DNA of 64,000 nt from an uncultured Collinsella sp. (GTDB taxonomy: Bacteria > Actinomycetota > Coriobacteriia > Coriobacteriales > Coriobacteriaceae). Below are positions 51,193-61,892 of the stretch, one piece after another. The stretch's first letter is position 1; every line of letters starts with the position of its first letter. The stretch spans positions 35,392 through 99,391 of the forward strand of contig CAJLDK010000001.1 in NCBI GenBank assembly GCA_905205405.1, read 5' to 3'. The notes under the pieces are model-generated. The model saw only the letters and a program-made list of their open reading frames with translations. It made no database searches and was not told the DNA's origin. The translations under genes were made by a program, and so were the position numbers.

Positions 51193-51672
51193 TTATTTGG
51201 CGTGCCCGCCGCCCGCCGTCATTTGGGCCGCATGCTCCAGCTGGTCGCTCACAGCCTCCCAGCTTTCGCGGGCCGCTTTCGTAGATCCCGGAAAGTTGAT
51301 GACAAGCGTATACCCACGCTGCATGCACACGGCGCGCGAGAGCATAGCGCGGCGCGTCTTGGTCATGGAGTAGGCACGGATTGCCTCGGCAATACCCGGC
51401 ACATCGCGGTCGCAGACGGTACGCGTCGCCTCGGGCGTCACGTCGTGCATCGAAAGCCCCGTGCCGCCGCAGGTGAGCACGACATTGGCGTGGCACTCAT
51501 CGGCGGCTTCCACAATGGCATCACCGATTTCGCTGACGTCGTCGCGCACGACCACATGTGAGGCGACCGTCCAGCCCTGCGCCTCGATAAGCTCCTCGAG
51601 TGCAGCTCCAGCCTCGTCCTGGGCAAGATCGCGCGTATCCGAGCACGTCACAATCGAAATCTTCAGCTCCAT
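51193..51672 (-). CDS. mogA: Molybdopterin adenylyltransferase MogA/MoaB
   Basis: MELKISIVTCSDTRD...GGTGLSMHD. GGGGGAA SD. Confidence 0.85.
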   Translation of the reverse strand: MELKISIVTCSDTRDLAQDEAGAALEELIEAQGWTVASHVVVRDDVSEIGDAIVEAADECHANVVLTCGGTGLSMHDVTPEATRTVCDRDVPGIAEAIRAYSMTKTRRAMLSRAVCMQRGYTLVINFPGSTKAARESWEAVSDQLEHAAQMTAGGGHAK

Positions 51673-51682
51673 AGCATTCCCC

Positions 51683-52945
51683 CTACAACACGGCGCCCTC
51701 AGGCAGGTCGACGCGAACAACGTCCACGACATCGCCCGCCGCAAGGTCGCACGGTCCTTCGTCAATACGCAACAGGCAGTTCGCACGCTGCATAGTTCCA
51801 AGCAGCGCCGAGTTCTGCGTCTTAGCCTCGGTCACCAACAACTCACCGGTCTCGGGGTCGCGCAAAACCGTGGCGCGATCGAAGAAGCGTCGGTCCTGGC
51901 GCTTCTTCACGCCGTGCGTCAATATCGCCTGCTGCACGGGACGCGTACCCTCGGCAAAACCGCGCATCTTGCGGATCGCCGGACGGGCAAGCATCTCAAA
52001 GCCTACATACGCCGCGGCCGGATTGCCTGAAAGTCCCAGGTAGGGCTTACCCCCGAGCAAGCCAAACGTGATGGCCTTGCCCGGACGCATCGAGATGCGA
52101 TCGAACAGTACCTCGCCCTCGCGCCGGACGAGCGCCGTCACGTAGTCGTAGTCGCCTGCCGAGGCGCCACCGCTCGTAATGACAAAATCGCACTCTCGCG
52201 TGGCGCGATGCACCAGCTCGGCAATCGCCTGCTCATCGTCGGGCGCAATGCCGTAGAACACGGGCTCAGCGCCGACATCGAGTGCCTCGGCCATCAGCGC
52301 CGAGGAGTTGGAATCGCGAATCTGACCGCGCGCCGGCACCTTACTCGGTGCGACCAGTTCCGTGCCCAGCGAGATGATGCCCACACGTGGGGCAGCGTGC
52401 ACCTTCACGCTCGCGTATCCGGCGCTTGCCAGCAGGCCAGCACCGGCCGGGGCCACGACCTCGCCGGCGTGCATCACAACATCGCCGGCATGGGCCTCCT
52501 CGGCGGCAGAGCGAATGTTCTCCCCCACCTTGGCAGGTGCCGAAAAGCGAACGTGCGAGCCCTCGTTGCCGTCACCGTCGAGCACATCAACGATCTCGTA
52601 CTTCACCACGGCATCGGCACCTTCGGGCACCGGCGCGCCTGTCATAATGCGGACCGCCTCGCCCGCGCCGATTGCGCCCTCAAACACATGGCCCGCGGCC
52701 TCGTGTCCGATAACGTCGAGCGTCACCGGCGCCTCGCCAGATGCCTGCGCCAAGTCCGCCGAGCGCACGGCATATCCGTCCATAGCGCTGTTGGCAAACG
52801 GCGAGATGTCGATATCGGCCACCGCGTCTTCGGCCAAGGGAAAACCAGCCGCCTGCCATACCGGGATCTCGATGAGATCTGTCGGAGCAACGTGCGACAG
52901 AACAATCGACTGCGCGTCCTCCAGCGGAATGAGTTTCTCTGCCAT
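51683..52945 (-). CDS. moeA: Molybdopterin molybdotransferase MoeA
   Basis: MAEKLIPLEDAQSIV...FANSAMDGYAV...TSGGASAGDYD. Confidence 0.9.
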   Translation of the reverse strand: MAEKLIPLEDAQSIVLSHVAPTDLIEIPVWQAAGFPLAEDAVADIDISPFANSAMDGYAVRSADLAQASGEAPVTLDVIGHEAAGHVFEGAIGAGEAVRIMTGAPVPEGADAVVKYEIVDVLDGDGNEGSHVRFSAPAKVGENIRSAAEEAHAGDVVMHAGEVVAPAGAGLLASAGYASVKVHAAPRVGIISLGTELVAPSKVPARGQIRDSNSSALMAEALDVGAEPVFYGIAPDDEQAIAELVHRATRECDFVITSGGASAGDYDYVTALVRREGEVLFDRISMRPGKAITFGLLGGKPYLGLSGNPAAAYVGFEMLARPAIRKMRGFAEGTRPVQQAILTHGVKKRQDRRFFDRATVLRDPETGELLVTEAKTQNSALLGTMQRANCLLRIDEGPCDLAAGDVVDVVRVDLPEGAVL

Positions 52946-53155
52946 GTGCACCTCTTAATGCTACGGCGCACAACAGTGACGCCGGTTCTTTATGCTTGTC
53001 TCAGTATAATCCCCCGACGCGCGACCGCGACTTGGCCTGTACCCGCAAATACACCTGTCGGTTGCAAGCCGCGAAACGGAATGGAAACCAACCCACCGGC
53101 TCGTCGCGTTTACCGCGTTTTATAATGCTCCTGTTGCAACCCAAAAGAGGAACGT

Positions 53156-54577
53156 ATGACTTTTACCGACAAACCCGAAAGCGCAAACGAGGCGCAGGAT
53201 CATTCCCAGTCGCTCGACGACGGCGGCTTTTTCTCCCTTAATGACGTCATCATGGCAGGCAGGCAACAGCTCACCCGCTCCGAGCATCTCTTGGCTGCCG
53301 ACACGCGCCGCAACGCCCGCAACCTACTCGCGAGCGCCAAGCTGCTCGTGCTCGTAGTTATCGTCTCGCTCGCCATGGGCGTTGCCGCTTGGGCGTTTTT
53401 GGCCTCGCTGAATATCGCGACCGACTATCGCGAGCACCATGAGTGGATTTACGCGCTGCTCCCCGTTGTGGGCGTTGCCACCGCATGGGTGTACAAAAAC
53501 CACGGCCTCGCCGCCAAGCGTGGCAACAACCTGGTCATCGACTCCGCTCTGGGCACACGCCTCATCCATATGCGCATGGCCGTCCTCACCTTCGTCTGTT
53601 CCACGCTCACGCACCTAACGGGCGGATCGGCCGGTCGCGAGGGAGCCGCGGTGCAGATTGGCGGCACCATCGCCAGCAACATCTCGAACCTCGCCCACCT
53701 CAAAAAGCATGACCACCACGACCTCATGCTCGCCGGCATCTCGTCGGCCTTTGGCGCCGTATTCGGTTCGCCCCTTGCCGGAGCTTTCTTTGGCATGGAG
53801 ATGTGCTTTATCGGCAAGATCGACTACACCGCGGGCATCTACTGCCTGGTCGCCTCGTTTACCGGCTACTTTACATCACTCGCCCTGGGTACCGAGTACG
53901 AAGCGAATGTCATTGCCAACGTTCCCAACATGACGCCCAAAACGGTCGTTATCGTTGTTATCAGCGCAATTATCTTCGGCCTGACGGCACGCCTCTTTGC
54001 CTGGTCGGTTCGAACCGTCAAAAGCCTGTACGGTCGCTTTATCACCAATTACCTCATTCGCGCACTTCTAGGCGCACTCGTGGTTTTGGCCGCCTATGCC
54101 CTCCTCGACGCCTGGGACTACGCCGGCCTTTCCACGTGGCTTTCCGGCGCCGGATTTGCAGGCAACACCACCCTGGCGGACGCAGTCATCAAGTTGGTCG
54201 TCACGGCGCTTACCCTGGGCGCGGGCTTCCAAGGCGGCGAGGTCACGCCCCTGTTTGGCATCGGTGCGGCACTCGGTGGCTGGATCGGTTGCCTTACCGG
54301 GCTCGACCCCAGTTTTCTGGCGGCTCTCGGCATGCTCGGCGTGTTCTGCGCCGGCCTCAACGTGCCCATCACCACCTGCATGATGGCCATCGACCTGTTC
54401 CACGGCACAGCCGCCGGGTTCTTTGTCATCGTGGCCTTTATCAGCTACCTAACCGGCGGACACCGCGGCGTGTACCCCGCGCAGCGCATCGTGTCGCCCA
54501 AGCGCCGCTCGCTTATCGTGGACGAGGGCGGAACGGTGGCAGAGGCTATCGAGCGCCACAACGACCTGATAGAGTAG
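53156..54577 (+). CDS. ClC-family voltage-gated chloride channel/transporter
   Basis: GSAGREG selectivity motif with a GxFxP analogue. Multi-TM protein of 473 aa. Confidence 0.85.
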   Translation: MTFTDKPESANEAQDHSQSLDDGGFFSLNDVIMAGRQQLTRSEHLLAADTRRNARNLLASAKLLVLVVIVSLAMGVAAWAFLASLNIATDYREHHEWIYALLPVVGVATAWVYKNHGLAAKRGNNLVIDSALGTRLIHMRMAVLTFVCSTLTHLTGGSAGREGAAVQIGGTIASNISNLAHLKKHDHHDLMLAGISSAFGAVFGSPLAGAFFGMEMCFIGKIDYTAGIYCLVASFTGYFTSLALGTEYEANVIANVPNMTPKTVVIVVISAIIFGLTARLFAWSVRTVKSLYGRFITNYLIRALLGALVVLAAYALLDAWDYAGLSTWLSGAGFAGNTTLADAVIKLVVTALTLGAGFQGGEVTPLFGIGAALGGWIGCLTGLDPSFLAALGMLGVFCAGLNVPITTCMMAIDLFHGTAAGFFVIVAFISYLTGGHRGVYPAQRIVSPKRRSLIVDEGGTVAEAIERHNDLIE

Positions 54578-54664
54578 ACGTAAGTAATCGCCGTGCAGCC
54601 ACAATCGGGGGCAATTCGACCCGAGCGCGACCGCACCGTCATGCCACACGCCGGGAGTCGCCCC

Positions 54665-55627
54665 ATGCACGCAACTGACTTTGGTCGCACGATCATCATC
54701 GCCAATCCTGTCGCCCAGTCGGGCGCCGCGCGCGAGGTTGCCGAGCGCCTGCAACGCTTTTTGGACATGACGGCGCGCACGTCCCAGTTTGACCTCGTGC
54801 TGACCGAGTGCATGGGGCACGCCAAGGAGCTTGCCGCACAGGCTCAGGGATACCGCACCGTTATCGCCCTTGGCGGCGACGGCGTGATCCACGAGGTCGT
54901 CAATGGGCTCATGGCGCAGGAAGAGGCCATCCGTCCCGCCCTTGCCGTCCTGCCCGTGGGCTCCGGCAACGATTTTGCCCAGACGCTCGGAATCGACGAT
55001 TTCTCCGGTAAGGATTTTGGCGCGCTGCTCACCTGCGAGCTGCAGCACCAGGATATCGGGCGCATTCGCTCATGGAACCCCGCAAGTGGAAGCGGCGAGG
55101 CTTCGGTTGAGTACTACGACCAGACGCTCTCGGTCGGCATCGATGCCGCCATCGGCCTGGGCACCACCGAGCTGCGCAAAAAGACCGGCTTGACGGGCGC
55201 GCCGCTCTACACCCTTTCGGGACTTGAGCAGTTTGGCCTGCGCTACCGCAACTACCCCATGACAGTCAGCTTTGACGGCGCGCCCGCCGAGCGCGTGAGG
55301 GCGATCATCATGGCGATTCAGCTTGGTCCTACCTATGGCTCGGGCTATCGCATCTGCCCCGATGCCGACCCCTGCGACGGCATGCTCGACGTCTGCTACG
55401 CCTGCGGCCCCGTCCCTCGCGCGGTAGCCCTGCCTATGTTCCTTTCGGCCAAGGACGGCCACCATACCAAGTTGCCACCGGTTCGCATGCGCCGCTGCCG
55501 CCATGCCGAGCTAACTTTTGAGGAGCCCGACTACCCCATCCAGGCCGACGGCGAGCCCGTTGACGCCTCGCGCATCGAGGTCGACGTCCTCGGCAGCGCC
55601 ATCCAAGTTTGGCACCCTACCCGCTAG
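54665..55627 (+). CDS. Diacylglycerol kinase catalytic-domain lipid kinase (YegS/DagK family)
   Basis: IIIANPVAQSGAA...IALGGDGVIHEVVNGL. Start is at 54665 or 54593. Confidence 0.8.
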   Translation: MHATDFGRTIIIANPVAQSGAAREVAERLQRFLDMTARTSQFDLVLTECMGHAKELAAQAQGYRTVIALGGDGVIHEVVNGLMAQEEAIRPALAVLPVGSGNDFAQTLGIDDFSGKDFGALLTCELQHQDIGRIRSWNPASGSGEASVEYYDQTLSVGIDAAIGLGTTELRKKTGLTGAPLYTLSGLEQFGLRYRNYPMTVSFDGAPAERVRAIIMAIQLGPTYGSGYRICPDADPCDGMLDVCYACGPVPRAVALPMFLSAKDGHHTKLPPVRMRRCRHAELTFEEPDYPIQADGEPVDASRIEVDVLGSAIQVWHPTR

Positions 55628-55648
55628 CAAGGCCAGTGGAACAAACGA

Positions 55649-56029
55649 CTACTCGTCGCTGCCCGGCTTGCGTCGGTTGGCCTTTTTAATGGCATTGAAG
55701 TGCTTGTCATTGAGTCTGCGCTGACGAGAGCGCTGGGGCACCTTGGTCTTTACACGTCGACGCGGTGGACGTCCGCGTCGCTCGAGCTCGGCGTGCAGCT
55801 TGCGCAGGCAGCTCGCGCGATTTTGGAACTGGCTGCGGCTCTCGCGCGCCGTCACGGTAATCCCTGTGGGCACGTGCTTCATGCGCACCGCCGAGTCCGT
55901 CGTGTTCACGCCTTGTCCGCCCGGACCCGTCGCGCGAAACACCTGTACCTCGCAATCGCGCGCCAACTCTTCGGCCGCCATCGCGGCATAGCGCGCATAC
56001 TCGCACCATCCCATCTTGTTCTCATCCAT
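55649..56029 (-). CDS. arfB: Alternative ribosome-rescue factor ArfB (peptidyl-tRNA hydrolase with GGQ domain)
   Basis: [18 protein letters not shown] and a basic C-terminal tail. GGGGAGG SD. Confidence 0.85.
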   Translation of the reverse strand: MDENKMGWCEYARYAAMAAEELARDCEVQVFRATGPGGQGVNTTDSAVRMKHVPTGITVTARESRSQFQNRASCLRKLHAELERRGRPPRRRVKTKVPQRSRQRRLNDKHFNAIKKANRRKPGSDE

Positions 56030-56049
56030 ATCAATACCTCCCCTCATAC

Positions 56050-56085
56050 AAAAAAATGTGACAAAGGGACAGTCCCTTTGTCACA
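56050..56085 (-). terminator. Terminator of xpt
   Basis: TGTGACAAAGGGAC-tgt-CCCTTTGTCACA followed by T7 on the minus strand. Confidence 0.7.
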
Positions 56086-56113
56086 TCGCATACCAATCGC
56101 TTGTGTTGCGCGC

Positions 56114-56692
56114 TTAGGCGAAGGTGATCTCGCCGGTCTCGCAGTCCATATCGGCGATACGGGCCAGGCTCTCAACGCGGAAGCCACGCTCGCGGAGCTT
56201 ATCGCCACCGCCCTGGAAGCCCTTCTCCACCGCAATGCCAATGCCGGATACCTCGGCACCCGCAGCCTCGCAGATCTTGATAAGACCCTCGAGCGCGCAG
56301 CCGTTGGCCAAGAAGTCGTCGATGATCAGGACCTTGTCGCCCTCGGACAGGAAGCGCTTGCCCACGATGACCGGATACTCCTTCTGCTTGGTAAAGGAGT
56401 AGATGGTCGTAGCATACTGCTCGCCGTCGAGGTTGATGGACTGTGCCTTCTTGGCAAAGACAACCGGCACGCCACCAAAATGCTGGGCTGCGATGCAAGC
56501 CATACCAATGCCCGAAGCCTCGATCGTCAGAATCTTGTTGATCTCGACGCCCTCGAACAGACGGGCCCACTCAGCGCCCATGTGGTCGAACAGCTCAACG
56601 TCGCACTGGTGGTTGAGGAAGGCATCAACCTTAAGGACGTTACCGGCCTTTAAGATGCCGTCATGACGAATACGATCCTCAAGCTCCTGCAT
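56114..56692 (-). CDS. xpt: Xanthine phosphoribosyltransferase
   Basis: 192 aa with [15 protein letters not shown]-binding motif. Typical Xpt N-terminus MQELEDRI. Confidence 0.9.
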   Translation of the reverse strand: MQELEDRIRHDGILKAGNVLKVDAFLNHQCDVELFDHMGAEWARLFEGVEINKILTIEASGIGMACIAAQHFGGVPVVFAKKAQSINLDGEQYATTIYSFTKQKEYPVIVGKRFLSEGDKVLIIDDFLANGCALEGLIKICEAAGAEVSGIGIAVEKGFQGGGDKLRERGFRVESLARIADMDCETGEITFA

Positions 56693-56849
56693 GGCGCAAC
56701 CCCTTCTCGCGGCAACGATGCCGCGCGATTAATAAACGTTGTTCGATAGTCTACCACGGACCGACCCCCGCCCACCCCACAAGCCGCATCGCACCACAAA
56801 CCGGTCTTTTTGGGACGGCGCGAATCGTGGCAGACAGTCTCTCAACACA

Positions 56850-58154
56850 CTAATGACGGGCGCGCATCCTCACCAAACGCACCATGGCGAGCGCAAAACC
56901 CACAGCGGCCACAGCCATGAGCACATAGAACACCGAGCGAAAGCCGAACAGGAACACATCCGGACGGCCTGCAACGAAACTGGTCACGGACTCGCCCATC
57001 GCCACGCTCATCTGCCCATAGAGGATATGCGAACCTGCCGTAATACCCAGCGCCATGCCCGCATAGCGCGCCAAGCTGCCCAAGCTACCTGCAAAGCCAA
57101 GTGCCTCGCGCGGAGCCGAGCCCATGTACAGCGAGTTATTGGGGCTCTGAAAAATCGACGTTCCGCACGACATAAACGCGACACAGCACACGATCACAGG
57201 GATGGAAGAGTGCTCGTCGAGCGTACTTACCGCAAAGAGACCGCACACGTACACACCCAGGCCCACCGCCGTGGGGCCCTCGCAGCCAACGCGGTCCGAA
57301 ACCGTTCCCGAAAGCGGGCCGATAAAGGCATTCACCATTGGCAGCGCCAAAAAGAGCAGTCCGGAAATGTCGGAACCAAAGCCGTGGGCGTCCTGAAAAT
57401 AGAACGGCAGAATAAACTCGGATGCGCCAATGCCAACGAACACGATGAGCATGCAGGCAAGGTTGATGGTGAAGGCCGAATTTGCAAAGCAGCGACGAGC
57501 AGCCTCGATCAGGGACATGGGGCGCTCGCCAGCCTCCGGCTTAACATGCGGCAGCGTATAGAGCCCCACGATAAATGAGATGACGCCAATGGGCAGGTTG
57601 ATGAGGAAGATGCTCTCCCAGGGAAAGCTTGCCACCAGCACGCCGCCGAGTACGGGGCCACACATCATGCCGAGGGCCACGAAGGTCGCGAGAATACCCA
57701 TGGCACGGCCTCGTTCGCGCGCCGGAAACGACTCGGTGATGATACCCATGTTGTTGGCCATGGCCGCTGCGCAGCCGACGCCCTGCACAATGCGTGCCAG
57801 GATAAGAACTTCGAGCGAACTCGAAAGGCCGCAAAGCAGCGAGCCAGCCGTAAAAACGATTACGCCCAGCTGGAATACGTCCACCTTGCCGCGCACGTCG
57901 CCCAAGCGGCCAAACGGCAGCATAGCCACGCATGTCGCAAGCAGGTACACCGAGCTCACCAGCTGGATGCGGTCGAGGCCCACGCCCAGCTCCTTTTGCA
58001 TCACGGGCAACGCCACGGTCACGACGGTCGAATCCAGACACGACATAAACGTCATGATGAGCACGGTAAACAGAATCGCCCATTTGTTCTTGCCATGGGT
58101 GTCGCCCTCAAGGGCAATGTGCTCGCGGCGCAGCTGCTCTGCGGTTTTCTCCAT
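56850..58154 (-). CDS. MFS transporter (DHA2/EmrB-like, 14 TMS)
   Basis: MFS motifs GRLGDVRGK. 14 predicted TM segments. Confidence 0.8.
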   Translation of the reverse strand: MEKTAEQLRREHIALEGDTHGKNKWAILFTVLIMTFMSCLDSTVVTVALPVMQKELGVGLDRIQLVSSVYLLATCVAMLPFGRLGDVRGKVDVFQLGVIVFTAGSLLCGLSSSLEVLILARIVQGVGCAAAMANNMGIITESFPARERGRAMGILATFVALGMMCGPVLGGVLVASFPWESIFLINLPIGVISFIVGLYTLPHVKPEAGERPMSLIEAARRCFANSAFTINLACMLIVFVGIGASEFILPFYFQDAHGFGSDISGLLFLALPMVNAFIGPLSGTVSDRVGCEGPTAVGLGVYVCGLFAVSTLDEHSSIPVIVCCVAFMSCGTSIFQSPNNSLYMGSAPREALGFAGSLGSLARYAGMALGITAGSHILYGQMSVAMGESVTSFVAGRPDVFLFGFRSVFYVLMAVAAVGFALAMVRLVRMRARH

Positions 58155-58295
58155 ATCCATCCTTTCGAGTGGCGCAACGCAAAAACGGGGCCCCAATCGC
58201 CTGCAAACAGTCGCGATTGGGGTCCCGCCTACGGAATCGGAACTAAAGGTCGCCGAAGCTTTCTGCCAGCATCGGCACCTTGTACGAAAGTTAGC

Positions 58296-59579
58296 CTAGC
58301 ACTGCTCGAGCGCCTGCTCAAGGTCGGCAATCAGATCGGCCGTGTCCTCGAGGCCACACGACAGGCGCACCATATCGGCAGAGATGCCGCAGGCGATGAG
58401 CTCCTCGTCGTTCATCTGGCGATGCGTGGCATTAGCAGGATGCAGGCAGCAGGTGCGGGCATCGGCAACATGCGTGGCAATCTGGGCGAGCTTGAGGCTC
58501 TTCATAAAGGTCTCGGCCGCCGCGCGACCACCGTTAAAGCCAAAGCTCACAACGCCGCAGGTGCCGTTGGGCATGTACTTCTGAGCGATGTCATAGTACT
58601 TATCGCCCTCCAGGCCCGGATAGCTCACGAAGCGTACCTTGGGATGGCTCTGCAGGAACTTGGCAACGGCCAGGCCGTTCTCACAATGACGCGGCATGCG
58701 TACATGCAGGCTCTCGAGCGAGCTGTTCAGGAAGAAGGCCGCCTGCGGGTTCTGCATGGGGCCGAGGTCGCGCATAAGCTGCGCGGTGGCCTTGGTAATG
58801 AAGGCGCCCTCGCGACCGAACTTCTCGGCATACGTCACGCCGTGATAGCTCTCGTCGGGCGTGGTGAGACCCGGGAACTTGTCTGCATGGGCCATCCAGT
58901 CAAACTGACCGTGGTCGACGATCACGCCGCCCAGGTAGGCGGCATGTCCATCCATGTACTTGGTGGTGGAGTGCGTAACGATGTCGGCGCCCCATTCAAA
59001 GGGACGGCACATCACGGGCGTCGGGAAGGTGTTGTCGACCATCAGCGGCACGCCGTGGTCATGCGCGGCCTTGGCAAAGCGCTCAATATCGAGCACGGCA
59101 AGGGCGGGGTTGGCGATCGTCTCGCCAAAGACGAGCTTGGTATTGGGCTCAAAGGCTGCCTCGAGCTCCTCGTCGGTGCAATCGGGGGCAACGAACGTGC
59201 AGGTCAGACCCATGCGCTCCATGGTATGGGCGAGCAGGTTATAGGTACCACCGTAGATGGCAGAGCTCGCGACCACGTGATCGCCGGCACCGGCCACGTT
59301 AAAGATCGCGAGGAAGTTCGCAGCCATGCCCGAGCTCGTGAGCATCGCAGCGGTACCGCCCTCCATCTCGCAGATCTTTGCGGCAACCAGATCGCACGTG
59401 GGGTTCTGCAGACGGCTGTAGAAGTAGCCCGACTCCTCCAGGTCGAACAGCTTGCCCATGTGCTCGGACGTGTCGTACTTCCACGTGGTTGACTGGTAGA
59501 TAGGCACCTGACGCGGCTCTGCATCACCCGGGCGATAACCGCCCTGAACACACGTCGTACCGATGGTCTGCTCGCTCAT
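58296..59579 (-). CDS. metY: O-acetylhomoserine aminocarboxypropyltransferase / sulfhydrylase
   Basis: Cys/Met-metabolism PLP family, with lysine in TTKYMDGH. Length ~427 aa. Confidence 0.9.
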   Translation of the reverse strand: MSEQTIGTTCVQGGYRPGDAEPRQVPIYQSTTWKYDTSEHMGKLFDLEESGYFYSRLQNPTCDLVAAKICEMEGGTAAMLTSSGMAANFLAIFNVAGAGDHVVASSAIYGGTYNLLAHTMERMGLTCTFVAPDCTDEELEAAFEPNTKLVFGETIANPALAVLDIERFAKAAHDHGVPLMVDNTFPTPVMCRPFEWGADIVTHSTTKYMDGHAAYLGGVIVDHGQFDWMAHADKFPGLTTPDESYHGVTYAEKFGREGAFITKATAQLMRDLGPMQNPQAAFFLNSSLESLHVRMPRHCENGLAVAKFLQSHPKVRFVSYPGLEGDKYYDIAQKYMPNGTCGVVSFGFNGGRAAAETFMKSLKLAQIATHVADARTCCLHPANATHRQMNDEELIACGISADMVRLSCGLEDTADLIADLEQALEQC

Positions 59580-59794
59580 ATCCAACTCCCTTACTTGGGT
59601 TTTGTTTTATTCGGTTCACGATACCGCTACCGCACACCCCTCTCAACCCATCCCGCCGATAGGTTATGGGACAAATTAATCAGGTTTATTTGTCCCAAAT
59701 CTTAAGAAAGTGTTCGATGGCGAAAAACAATGAGATATGCACTGCGGTCTCGACAAGCGAATGAGTCGGCAAGGGTACCATAGGCGGGTACACC

Positions 59795-60259
59795 GTGACC
59801 AAGGAGACAATGATGAAGCAAATCGATACTACCCAGCTCGACGCCGCCGCCTGTCAGGCTCAGGCCGCCGAATACCACGCCCGTGGTTTTAACTGCGCCC
59901 AGGCCGTCGCCTGCACGCTCGCGCCTGCCGTCGGACTCGACCCCCAGGTCGCCTTTACCCTCACCGAGGGCTTTGGCGCCGGCATGGGCGGCATGACCGA
60001 GACCTGCGGTGCCATCTCGGGCGCCGTGGCCGTAATGGGCTTTGTGATGAGTGACGGCATGGAGAACCCCAAGACCAAGGGCCAGACCTACAAGCTGTCG
60101 CGCGAGATTGCCAAGCGCTTTGGCGAGAAGAACACCACGACCGTCTGCGGCACGCTCAAGGGCATCGGCTCGGACCAGGGTCCGCTCCGCAGCTGCCCCG
60201 GCTGCATCGACGACGCCGTCGACATCGCCTGCGATGTGCTAAAGCAGCTCGCCGAGTAA
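59795..60259 (+). CDS. C_GCAxxG_C_C family protein
   Basis: NCAQAVACT...CGAISGA...CGTLKG...CPGCIDDAVDIACD. Confidence 0.75.
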   Translation: MTKETMMKQIDTTQLDAAACQAQAAEYHARGFNCAQAVACTLAPAVGLDPQVAFTLTEGFGAGMGGMTETCGAISGAVAVMGFVMSDGMENPKTKGQTYKLSREIAKRFGEKNTTTVCGTLKGIGSDQGPLRSCPGCIDDAVDIACDVLKQLAE

Positions 60260-60326
60260 ACGGCGACAACATAAAACGACGGCCGGCGCGCTTGGGATTC
60301 ATCCAAAAGCACGCCGGCCGTCGTCG

Positions 60327-60965
60327 TTAGAACTCGGCAAATTCGGGAGCGCCGACCTCAATCTCCTCGCGCCCCGCCATAAGCTCGCGCATCTTAACGC
60401 AAAACGGCTCCTGCTCCCCCGCCTTAAACACCAAATGAATCGTCACGGCATCCGCGTAATCGGTATCCAAAACCTTGGCACCACAATCCTGCGCCAAACG
60501 AAGCACCTGCTCATACTGCGGATAGGCAACATACACGTCAACCGGCACGACACTTGTCATCTCAACGATCTGACCGGCCTCCCGAGCAGCTGCCACCGCC
60601 GCCTGAGTCGCCGCGGTATAGGCGCGCACCAAGCCACCAGGCCCTAACAGCGTGCCACCAAAATAGCGCGTCACAACGCAGCATACGTTTTTAAGTCCCG
60701 CACCGCGCAGCACCTCGAGCGTCGGCATTCCGCTCGTGCGGCTTGGCTCGCCATCATCGCTCTGGCGCTCGCGTCCATCGACCAAAATCCACGCGGGCAC
60801 ATTATGCCGAGCGTCATAATGACGCTTGCGAACCATCTCGATAAAGGCATTCGCCTCGTCCTCGGACTCAATATGGATCAACTGGGCAATAAACCGGCTC
60901 TTGCGGTCCACAAACTCGCCCGAAGCCTCAATATTCAATTGCAGAGTAAAATAGCTGTCCAACAA
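60327..60965 (-). CDS. yigZ: IMPACT/YigZ family protein (UPF0029)
   Basis: KSRFIAQLIHIESEDEANAFIEMVRKRHYDARHNVPAW. Confidence 0.85.
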   Translation of the reverse strand: MLDSYFTLQLNIEASGEFVDRKSRFIAQLIHIESEDEANAFIEMVRKRHYDARHNVPAWILVDGRERQSDDGEPSRTSGMPTLEVLRGAGLKNVCCVVTRYFGGTLLGPGGLVRAYTAATQAAVAAAREAGQIVEMTSVVPVDVYVAYPQYEQVLRLAQDCGAKVLDTDYADAVTIHLVFKAGEQEPFCVKMRELMAGREEIEVGAPEFAEF

Positions 60966-61185
60966 AGCCCCTCGACAACAAGCAAAGCAACAAACAGCCT
61001 CAATAATACGGCAAAGAGTACTTCGGCTACCTCACCAAAAAGAACGGAGCCACCGATGATAAGGCAAAAACAGCGAGACGGCGTCAGCTGAGTCGATTTG
61101 GCCCGAAAGAGGAGGGAGCACGCCTTATGGCGGCGACCGACGAATGAGCGACAAATCGGCCAGCTGACGCCGTCGCAGCGTCAAC

Positions 61186-61557
61186 AAGAAAGCTGAGTGG
61201 GCCTGTAAGCCGGGTTCTGTCGTGAACGGTCATTTATCTTGTCTGCACGTTACCGTGCAGCTCCACGCACGCTACCCGAACGCGGACCGGGCCGGCCCAT
61301 AGCGTTCCTATTCGCGCTTGCTCCGGATGGGGCTTGCCAAGCCGCCGTGTTGCCACGACGCTGGTGGTCTCTTACACCACCGTTTCAGCTTTTCCCTTTA
61401 CGCCTTGCGACGCAGGTGGGAGTCTTCTTTTCTGCGGCGCTTTCCGTCGGATCACTCCGCCCGGCCGTTAGCCGGCATCCCGCCCTCTGGAGCCCGGACT
61501 TTCCTCACGCGTACCGCAAGCAGTACATCGCGCGACCGTCTGGCCCACTCAGCAGTG
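61186..61557 (-). ncRNA. rnpB: RNase P RNA (bacterial type A), ends approximate
   Basis: Minus strand contains GAGGAAAGTCCGGGCTCCA (P4 5' strand) and ACAGAACCCGGCTTACAG (P4 3' strand). P1 pairing GCTGAGTGGGCC/GGCCCACTCAGC. Confidence 0.85.
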
Positions 61558-61892
61558 CAAGAGTGTAGCACACCGCCGCCACAGGCAACGGCACAACACA
61601 AGCGCTCGACACGATAAACCAAGAAGCGCCCATGCGCTACAATAATCACGTCGATGGGCAACGTCGTCAGTCGAGACGCGACCGCGCTCCGCACCCCTCC
61701 GTCTACTCGGTGCGTTCCCGCCTCCTCCCCGAGGCGGGATGTCGGCATTTTTCATGCACCGACAACCCAATAGCCTGTGGACAGCCCGGACATCATTGCG
61801 CACGAGCAGCATCGCGCGCATCAGCAGCAAATACAAAAAGGGACCCATCCATTACGGACGGATCCCTTAAAACAAGTGATCGTCAAACCGAT

